Origin: Octopus bimaculoides
Lineage: Eukaryota
Reading direction: 5' to 3'
Assembly: GCF_001194135.2 (NCBI RefSeq)
Contig: NC_068981.1
Span: 142,056,733-142,120,732, forward strand
Length of the DNA: 64,000 bases
Part shown: positions 53,101-64,000 of the stretch, in pieces
Layout of the letters: every line of letters starts with the position of its first letter
Numbering within the stretch: the stretch's first letter is position 1
Notes under the pieces: model-generated
The model's database searches: none
What the model was told of the DNA's origin: nothing
Seen by the model: only the letters and a program-made list of their open reading frames with translations
Translations under genes and position numbers: made by a program

Positions 53101-54863
53101 TTCTCCATACATGGGTTTCAATATCTTTGTGTATGTGTGTGTTTGTGTGTGTGAGAGCGCACACTTGTGTGTATGTATCATGTTGTGCTCACGTGTATAA
53201 TCTGTCATATGTCAGTCTGTCTGTATTACATTGCATTTATCGTTGTCTGTGTGTATGTGTGTCTATATGAGTCTTAACAATGCAAATATATTCAATGATA
53301 TTCAAATATTCTAAAACCATTTATGCATCCTTTTCTCTGAAATATCGACAAGAGATTCTCGATGGATTTCCCTTCTGATGACTCAAGTGTTCATTTTCCT
53401 CACACAATCCAATTCTTCCTCAAAACTCCAGTGAAAACCTGCATTCTTTGTTTTCTGTTTTCTTGCTTTATTTCTTTGCACTCTTTTTTTTTTATATTTT
53501 GCTCTTCGTATATTTTGTTTACTTTGTCTTTTTTTTGTTTTGTGTTTTTGTAAGCGTTTCTTTTACTTTTCTTTCTTCTGATTATTGATTATGATCGGCA
53601 TGTCTTGGTTTTGACACTGGTCTCTGAAGAAACTTCAGATTTCCCTGAATTACACTGCAGAAAGCTACACGAACCAAACCATGCCCCACCAGAAAGTAAT
53701 AAATGAAGAACAACAGAAACAACAAAAATAATAATAAATTAATATCATCTTGATTTTATTGATAAATCCGAGGATAATTTTGTAACACTATTAATTTGGT
53801 ATCTTTCTTTTTCCATTTTTTATCATTTTCTGTTTGTAAATTTGATAGTTGTTGTTATTTGCATTGTTTTATTGCACTGTTTTTACTTTATTTATATTGC
53901 ATCTCGAGGGTCCTGGATACACTCTGTTGTGGTTATCATCATTATTATTATTATTAGTTTTGGTCGCGGTGGTGGTCGTGGTGTTTTTTTTTTGTTATGT
54001 TGTTGTGGCCGGTATTGAGAAAAAAGTACACAGAAATAAACTAAAAACGAAATTTAGATTAAACATGGTGTATTTGTGATTGACACACAAATTCAAAATT
54101 ATAATCCATTTGTCGTTATCAATTAATAGATTGTGTTCGTTTCAATAACAATGTTACTTTACTGGAACCGTAGAACATTAGCTTAAATGCAATTTTAGAA
54201 TTTACTTCCGATTCTCTTTGACCCTTAGTGAAATGTAGTAATTTAGCAATTAACATTCAGCATTTCATTCACATACCAGTAACATTCTAAGTATGAAAAT
54301 TATGAATTTAGCAAAGTGGAAAATTGCCCTTTATGCTTAATCTAATGAAACCAACACACATCTTTCCTTTGCTGAGTGATGTGTGGCTCGTTGTTGAAGG
54401 TATACAGCTTTTCTTGTGCAACTAATACTCTTGAGAAAAAAACATGAATTCTATGAGGTCATGTGGTTACGCAGTTTGCTTTATAATCACGCAGTTCCGA
54501 GTTCAAACCATATTGTACACCATGTCGGAAGACTAACATCAATTTATGGAGAATTTTCGGACGAAACTCCCCCCCCCCCCAGATGGACTGTTCTTAATGA
54601 GCTGTGGCTTTTACTTTGCTCCAGCAGTCTTTTAGTTACCCATCGATTATTATTGTTTCTATTGACTTTCAATTAATCCTTTGATGCTATAAAGCCTGTT
54701 TTTAATAATCCTCAATACTCCCAATATTGGGGACAAAAACGAAACTGCACGGTTGGATGTCATCTAAGAAAACTTTGAGTGTCAACATCTTTGGTTTGCC
54801 TGCAAGTAACTGTAATATATACCGACTGCTTCAGGAAATGGCTTTTGAATTGTATATTCTGTA

Positions 54864-54901
<38 letters not shown>

Positions 54902-56625
54902 ACACTCTCTCTCTCTCACTCTCATACACACACATACATTTATACCGAAAAGAGGCATGTTTAAGCTCAAAAGAAAACATCTTAAATTTTTTGAAATGTG
55001 TTTCAAAGCCCAAAGGTACTAAAGTGATGATAGTCAGTGTTTGTTACTTTGGCACAAGGCCAAAATAGTGTTTTAAATCGACCGCAGTAACTGTGTTCTA
55101 CTTTATTTTATCGACAGAGAATGGTGAAAGCCAAAGTTTGCACATAACGTACAGAGCAGTAGTAAATATCGCAAACTATTTTGGTCGACAATCTAACTAT
55201 TCTGGCAATGGAAATCTCTACGCATAATAATTCGCCCTACTATAGACAAATATCCTGAAATTTTGTGTGATGAAGTTGATAATTTCTGTCACCCTCAGTA
55301 CTTAAATCATACGATACATTCTTGATCCCTCACAAATTAAACATGAAGATGAACTCGTTTAACTTACAGAGACACAGCGTGTACTACATCTACGTACATT
55401 TTGAATTCAAATGCTATCGAAGTCAATTGTGTGTTTCATAGTTATGGTTTGATAGAATAAAGTTCGACTCAAGTAATGGCGTTAAATAGAAGTCTACAAA
55501 CACCTGGAGGTGAAAACGTTAGTTGTATGAATTAACCTCAATATCGGAGAGGTAATCGAGTTTCTTGAAATCAGAAGGATGAAAAGTAATCTCAGCAGGA
55601 TTTCGTACTTAGAACGCAAGTCATCGTTACTAAATACCTTAAGGCACTTTTGTGTCACTGTTTATGAACTTCATAGCGGGAGGGAATGGCCGGTTAGATC
55701 GATAGGGTATATAACTTAGTTTCTTTATTTTAATCGGCATGGAAGGATCAAATGCTAACTTGACCCAAGAGTGTTAGAAACTCAAAAAGCATAAAAGACC
55801 TAACGAAGTATAGGAAAGGAGTTTGTCCCACATTCTACCAAATCTGCCATCACCCTCATTCATAGTAATAACGGTAATAATGAACGCACGCGCACACACA
55901 CACACACTCATTCAGGTTTATACGTACGTGAGTTTTGTATGTTATAGGCATGCAAATATAGATAACTGATGTGATTTAATCGGATCTATACGGTTATCTA
56001 TATTTTCGATGTATTATTACCGTTTATATTTTACAATTTTTCTCCAATTGTGTTTTTGTTCTTCGTTTTTCACTGGTAAAACGGTTTTAGTATCAAATTT
56101 AACAATGAACGTATAGATTTCTTCGAATCAGAGAACGATCGCCTCTAGAGATTTGAAACTATAGTTCCTTGTATATTGAACACGCTATTTTCTCATTCTC
56201 TCAGGACTCATAAAAAACACATTCACATAAAGGCAAATCTATTTCAAAAGAGCACTTATTCTTTTCCCACACGTAATTATTCCAGCAGAACTTGCATACA
56301 TGGCAATACTACTTAGAGGGTTTCACATATACACATATATACGCATAAAAATACTGTCTCGCATAAGATACTGTAATATATATATATATATATATATATA
56401 GATATANNNNNNNNNNNNNNNNNNNNNNNNNNNNNNNNNNNNNNNNNNNNNNNNNNNNNNNNNNNNNNNNNNNNNNNNNNNNNNNNNNNNNNNNNNNNNN
56501 NNNNNNNNNNNNNNNNNNNNNNNNNNNNNNNNNNNATACATATTATCCAGAAATAAATGTGTTTTTATTCATTTGCTGAGAGCCCAAACTGAACGAACGG
56601 AAATATCTGCTCCACTAAATCTAAA

Positions 56626-56664
<39 letters not shown>

Positions 56665-57217
56665 TCTCTCTCTCTGTATGTGTGTGTGTGTGTGTGTGTG
56701 TGTCTGTGTGTACGCGTGGGCTTTACTGTGAATGCCTGTGTACCTATATCAGTATTCAGTTATGTTTGTAGTCGGTTGAAAGCGCTTATGTAACAGAGGT
56801 CTCACATTATGTTGATAAATCTTGTTTACCATTTCTAAAGTTCAGCATGATGCATTATACGAAGACTTATTACAGTTCACTGAATGACAAATAATATAAT
56901 GAATGCGGCCGACGGACCATACTGCAGGGTATCGTTTGCATATTAAATACACTCACGGTAAGGTCTTCTAATGAAAAATACTGATAAGTTCAGATTATTC
57001 AAAAAGTAGTAGCTAATGAAGTCCCTTCACCGTATGTTGTACGTGGAGTTATTTTTTTTATACTTTTGGTAGATTTGTATGTGTTCTTCTTATTGTTTTG
57101 TGCTATTTTCTTGAAACTTCGCAAATATTTCGATGAAAATCTTGAAATCCAGAACATTGCAGTTTTACACACAGCTTGTCATCTGAATCCAATATGACAT
57201 TCTATTTCTAAAGGTGC

Positions 57218-57248
<31 letters not shown>

Positions 57249-57478
57249 ATGTGTATAAATACGTATGCATGTACATATGTATGTATATATATGTATATAT
57301 ATGTACATATATATGTGTATATATATTTATGTACATATATATGTGTGTGTGTGGGTGTGTGTATATATATATATGTATATATGTATGTATATATATGTGT
57401 AGATATATATGTATATATATATCTATATGTATATATATATCTATATTTATATATGTATGTATATATATACATGTGTAT

Positions 57479-57544
<66 letters not shown>

Positions 57545-58880
57545 TTGTGTGTGCGTGTACATATATCCATATGTATGTACATATATCTATATATATATAT
57601 ATATGCATATATACATATATATATACATATACATATATGTATATATTTGTGTATATATATATATTTACTCATATATAATATATGTATTGTCGTTATTATT
57701 TCCATTATTTGAAGTGTATCACTAATTGGCTCAAGACTGTAATGTGTTATTACGTTTATTGCAATAGTTAGGTTCCTACTTTATGAATTCAATTTACCAT
57801 TCAGGAAGTTTCAGTCGATTTATATGGCCCCTCCCCCGCTCTCTATCTCTGTCTTCCTGTCTTTCTGACTCCCCTTTATCTCTCTTCCGCCCTCTCTGTC
57901 TGTCTGTCTGTCTGTCTCTCTCTACGCGAGCTCACAGAATTTTCATAATACTAATGAAAAATAAAATAATACAAATATATGGCGGAGTGGTAGAAATAAC
58001 ATGGAGTGGTGTGTTAGTGGTCTTTATTTTTACCTCTTCGTGATATAATTTAAAGTATGGAATGAGTTATTTGTTCAGATTTTAGTAATCTATCCACCAG
58101 TCATATAATGGACATGATTTAATCGATTATATCATTTTGCTATGACAACCAGCTGTGTACCTAGTCAAAAACATATTAATCAATAATCTAACGTTACATT
58201 TATGGATAATTATGTTCAGATTTGTCTGCTGCAGCTGATACAATCTGTGGAGAATAGAACAATGAGGCAATGATTCAGCTGTTCGTATTCATAAAGGAAT
58301 TAAAATCCACAGCTCAGTTCACCTGCTCATAAATAGGTGTCGAATTGGGCAAGTCATTATTGCGTCGATAATATAAAACGGGGATATATGTTCTGTTTCA
58401 ATGCACTCTACGTTCAACTGCACTTTTCGCTTTCTCGGGGCCGATAAAGTATACCAAACTCGGGTGGTGAATTGGTGGGACTGTAACAATGTTGACCAAG
58501 ATGTTTTGCCTGTCTCCACTCAGTTTATTTGTGTGTTTGACTTAATTCATTCCTTTTTGCCCGAATTCTAGATATTTTAGTAGAATCCACTGCGTTACCA
58601 TTTTTCGGATCAGGTTTCTGGTCCCTTCTTCCTTCTTCTCCGCTAGCTTCGGTTAATTTGTAAAGCATTAAAATATAAAGAGAAAATATCCACATGTTTA
58701 TGCGTTCCACTGTTGCAAACGACGACACGACTGCATATACGATAGAAATTTACTTGACAAGTTTTGAATAAGTGGCTCTCCTCTAGATTTAAATATTCGA
58801 TGACTGTTCACGAGATTTTCCATATTCGAACGAGAGAGTACATTAGACTTAGCAACGTAGATTTTCCTTCTAAGTATTTA

Positions 58881-59131
58881 TTGGGTTGGTGCATAATCAT
58901 TGCGCCTTTTTTTCAACAACAATCACAATATTTAACATCTTTAAATGACGGTCTGACCGTCTACCAAGCAAATGGGAAGCAGTAATTCAAGTAGATGGTG
59001 AATATGCACCGGAAATAATCATTTAAAGATGCTTTGTTATATGTTGTTATTGTTTTTGTTGAATAAAATTTGTTGAAACAAAGAGGCAAAATTTGTTGAA
59101 ACAAAGCCGCAATAATTATGCACCAACCCAC
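58881..59131 (+). mobile_element. Internally deleted mariner element (MITE) with TIRs and TA target duplication
   Basis: Left TIR ttgggttggtgcataatcattgcgcc versus reverse-complemented right TIR gtgggttggtgcataattattgcggc (resembles Hsmar1/MADE1-type TTAGGTTGGTGCA ends). TA at 58879-58880 and 59132-59133. The interior retains the transposase C-terminus DRLPSKWEAVIQVDGEY. Confidence 0.9.
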
Positions 59132-61030
59132 TATATTCGGTGAACACAAATTTAGTTGGAAAAAGGTTTTCTCACTTTGAAACTACTTCTATGCATGACT
59201 TGTATTCATTTTATTGATATACGATGAAATTAAACATTTTTTTCGGTTGTAAGTCCAGGACATAGAATCTAAATACTTCAAAGCTCTCTCTGGTTGACTT
59301 CGTAGCGTAACTCATTGCAAGAAAGCCCTGGGGGTGTACTAATGAGGTATTAAATATAATATTCAGAAACTGAAATAAATTGCCTTCATATTTCTATTTA
59401 TTTCGTTTTAGAACTGTCAATACAGACCTTTCCTCAATCCCAGCACTCATCTCTGCCAATGAAAAAAATATAGGGTCTGATGAACGATAAAAGGACGTGT
59501 TTCTGACAGGAGATAATTTTATTCCTCCCTCAATCAGCTCGCTCTCTCCTGAATTGAGATTTATTTTTCATGAATAGTTATTTAAATATTATTGAATACT
59601 ATGAATTCACTTCTTTTTTGCTTTCGCGCAGGATTTATTCCATAATGATATAAGCGTAAATGTTTCGAATTTTAATATTTATTTTTGGAAACACGTTTCC
59701 TTCTTTGCTATTTCTTACACGAAGTCAACCAAATGAAAATTGCCTCCATAACATGGATTATGTTTCATTGTGGCTTTTAGTTCAAATCCCATCTAGATCA
59801 ACTTTGCTTTTTACCCTTCTGATAAGACATTTCGCTGAATAATAATGTCGATTTATTCACATGTATGCTAGCATCATCCTGATTTCTAAAACAAAAAATT
59901 AACAGACAATCTTTCTCAAAACGTCTTAGTGTATGTATTGTTTAAGAGCGAAGGCAGGGCTGTTTAATCAGTTTTGGATATTATCGTGTCTGTTGCAAGA
60001 GAAATAAGGCAGCAGTAATTCAATGAAATGAGTTTTAATCACACCGTGACGACAATTACGGGAGAAAATTGAGGTAGAGAAGGCGCCACTAAGCGGCCAA
60101 TATAACTTCTAGAAATAGTGGTTAAATTTCTCACAAATCACATCGAATGATTTAAATATAGAACGACATATTGGATAAAACAAGCGTAGACATAGCTGTT
60201 ATTGTTGAGATGCTTTTTGAAAAAGGATTTTCTGAATCGGACCTGGCCTGCAGTTAACAACAAAAGGAATTATATTAATCCAAATTTTCAGACATATAAA
60301 ACGCTTTGCTTTTACTGCAGCTGATTATAGAAGTGTCCATGAAGTATATAGTATAGTTCTGGAGCTTTATGAATCGGGTCATTTATAAAGAAGTTAAGGT
60401 ATCAGACATGAAATATTCAGCAAAGTTAGCAGGGTACACACACTGTAATTTTCAATTATATACAGTTCTAAATTTGTTTGTCTTGATAACCCACCTACAC
60501 ATTTTCTTCTCCATCGTCTAGACATTTTCACCTAATAAATCTAGAACATTCTAGAAATTCTAGCTTTTCCCTTGACCTATATATATATATATATATATAT
60601 GCATATGTATATGTATGTATATGTATGTATATATATATGTATGTATATATGTGTATATATGTATATATGTATATATATGTATATATATATATCTATGTAT
60701 ATATATATATATGTATATATACATATGTATGTATATATATATATGTATATATACATATGTGTATATATATATATATTTATGTATATGTATATGTGTATAT
60801 GTGTGTGTGTGTGTGGGTGGGTGGGTGTGTGTGTGTGTGGGTGTGTGGGTGATAGTCATTAGTGAAATAAGAATCGTTTGATTTGAGCTTTCAAATGTCA
60901 CACTTTTCTCAGTACAAACGATATTAAAAAGACCCTCGAATGGCATATAATATTCCTATTTAACACGTAATAAGTGCACACCCCACTACACATGCACGCA
61001 AAGACACACTCAGGGATATACGCGCGCGCA

Positions 61031-61078
<48 letters not shown>

Positions 61079-61268
61079 TATAGGTACATGTACGTACATA
61101 ACCCCAGTCCATATTGTGGCCATTTATTTCCTGTTTCATTTGATGCATCGTGTGAAGTAGCCACCAAAATAAGTTGTAATGTTACACATATCTTCCATAC
61201 TCCCATCAGCTATTCTTTTAGGCTTTTCAGCCCAAAGGATGTGGTCATGCTGGGGCACTATCCCGCCA

Positions 61269-61413
<145 letters not shown>

Positions 61414-62936
61414 ATTTTTGTGTGTATATATAGCGTTTACATTTAATTTATCATTTTTGTATTTGTGATTACAATGTCATTTGGGATTTAGAAACAAGTT
61501 CTACCTCCTAGTTTATTTCATTTATATTCAACTTCAGGAATAATTATAGATAACGCATTAGGATTTCAAGTTGTCTTCTGGTGACAAGTTGTCTTCAAAC
61601 GCAGTCGTAACAGAAGCCCTGATTTCTGCTTTGGAGGGGGCGTAACCTTATGAATTGTAAGAGAGTGATGGTAGTCATCTGCATCAAACTACTATAAATT
61701 TGTAAAATTATTTTACACTGGAAGTTGAACCAACTGAATTATAATATCGAAAAGCAGAAAAAAATATATATATAAGGACAAATGTGCACTGTTGAATTTA
61801 GAAGTGATATCGACTCTGCACTTTTGAAAAATTTTACGTCATTTAGATAAGGCTTCAGCATTCTTTTTCGTGAAGAACTCATGAGAGATAGCTCATCGTC
61901 AGGTGGACTACACTCTTAAAATTCTTCAAGATAATTTTTCATTGGCGTGCATTCAGAAAGTCTTGCAAGGCACAGTTTGTGATGACTGATTTTAGAGCCT
62001 TATTAGGTGAGACTATATTAATTATACAAATAGAGAGAAGACTATGTCCGATTTAACTAATTCCACTGACTCCCCTAGAATAATAGTTACTGTAAATTGT
62101 TGCGGAGTTGAAACTCAGAAGTAAATATACTATAACGTGCTACCTAAGAGTATTTACTGTTTTAGGTTGTCTACACTCATTTTACCATTTCCTGTTGATA
62201 TTGATACACACACACAAATTATCACATACACCCACATACATACTGACAAAGACATGCACTTAAACGCCCATACACACAGATATATATTATGGGTAAGTAA
62301 TTAGCTGGAGTAATTGACCATAATTAATCTTTACAGTTAAACAATATTCATGTATTAATGAGTGAAAAACAAAATGTAACCATGTTGAAATTAATTTTAC
62401 GAGTTTAATTAATTTTTTCGACCCAGTATTTTTGCTAAGGTTACCCGGATTTACTATCGATTGAAAAGATAATATAATAAATTAATTAATTTAATTAATT
62501 AGCTAACATAGATGATAGATTAATATAGCCGAAATTAAAGCAAAAATGCGTTCGGTTCTTTCTTTTGAAAGAACAGTGATCTGAAATATTATATTACGTA
62601 ATGAAAAATGAATTCCAATTTTGAAGAATTTTATATGAATACAACATGCCACAACATCAAGAACATGTGCTCACACAGGAATATTTGCATACACACAGCT
62701 TCTTTATACACACTAAACACATAGTATTCATGTACACATAAGCACACACACACAGGACATAAATTAACTCGCGGGAACGGATCTGTTTTCAAGCGAGGAA
62801 AGCACATTTAATGAAATATTGCCGTTCGCTTAAGATACCAAGCTGTAGTGAGAATAACTATGAAAGCATTATAAATCTGTTTTACTACAACAATTTCCAT
62901 CAGAGAATATCAGCAACCTCCAATAACACATATAAC

Positions 62937-62938
<2 letters not shown>

Positions 62939-63020
<82 letters not shown>
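62939..63020. repeat. (AC)n microsatellite
   Basis: Read directly. Confidence 0.97.
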
Positions 63021-63022
<2 letters not shown>

Positions 63023-64000
63023 CACTTTCCCATACATTAAGAAATGTCTTTATAAACACGTGTGTTCGTAAAATACCATTAAGGCACCACAATCATCTTT
63101 CACTGACATTGTCACAATGTATAAATGATATTGGTTTACATTCTCGACCTTCTTCGTCGAAGATAAACTTTTAAGATATCAAGTAATCATTCAGGCGAAA
63201 ATGTTTTATAGTTTTCCTAGAATTTGGATGAGGAATATAAAAAAACAGAATCTTCCGAAATCTTCAGTCTTCACTGAGGTATTATATTGTATTCTATTGA
63301 TTCAAACAAGAAACAGGGAAATTTAAATTCAAATAGTGCTTAAGACATTTCTGAGAATACGACGATATGTGCATTTATGTATGTGTTCAAGTAACACGTA
63401 AATGTAATATGTGTTTCTTATATATACTCACACGCACGTACATGTATATGGTTGTATTTAACGTATTGTATATGCTTGTAGAGAGGCAAGAGCTACAAGT
63501 ATATTTTTATATGTACTCAAATAGATTGAAAAAGTATGTTTGCAGTCAAATATATGTAGCAAGCATTAATTTTATCCAGTCGCACTTAGACCGTGACCAA
63601 GCAAAACTGAATAGTTGTAGATTATGCATTGCTGTCTCGTGAATACGGTAATGATGGCGATAATGACCATCACAATCATGGCCATCATCATTAGCATCGT
63701 TTATCGATTTTGTTGGAGGATGTCACGTTAGTATTTGTTGTCTCACTACTTAGTTTTTGATGTTATTTCGCTCGGGTTATATTATTTAGCACATGGTCAG
63801 TAATGAGCTCAGCAGCTTACTCCAGGTTTCGGAGTGGTGGGGAGAGGCAATGTTATTGTAATAAAAGTGTATATGTGTGTGTGGGTGTGGTGGTGCATGC
63901 ATACAGTGGAAAGCCAGTTTCAGTGTAAAATTTCATTATAGCTACTCCATGTTTCACGGTTCGGTTCGTTATATTGTAAATTGTGGTTTCTCTTGCGTTT

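Noticed and set aside
55585-55605. taatctcagc matching the start of miR-216
   Set aside because: Lies within a reverse-strand SINE remnant and has no hairpin.

Overview
AT-rich, gene-poor eukaryotic genomic DNA, either intergenic or inside large introns. It is dense in microsatellites ((TA)n, (CA)n, (GA)n, (ATT)n, (GAT)n, (TATC)n). Twelve N-gaps occur, mostly abutting microsatellites (3840-4153, 5451-5552, 6808-7006, 8496-8731, 19962-20129, 25100-25519, 26571-27012, 43147-43168, 44061-44607, 45578-45769, 49370-50113, 56407-56535), as expected of a short-read assembly. The SINE families and repeat landscape resemble what I recall of octopus (coleoid cephalopod) genomes; this is an inference, not a database match. 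I found no recognisable protein-coding gene, intact tRNA/rRNA/snRNA gene or CRISPR array, and almost all listed ORFs are microsatellite or N-gap artefacts. Well supported features: at least three tRNA-derived SINE families (two copies with clear target-site duplications), a two-copy (AAT)n-tailed non-autonomous element, a decayed mariner transposase, a mariner MITE, and 3' fragments of an L1/Tx1-like and an R4/NeSL-like LINE. The most interesting leads are all tentative: phase-compatible candidate exons on both strands (one junction creates a TAA between two open frames), a 96-bp near-perfect palindrome, a pre-miRNA-like hairpin at 48.0 kb, an inverted SINE pair, and a SINE and LINE that share a 3' tail. 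I cannot claim a new biological system from this sequence alone.
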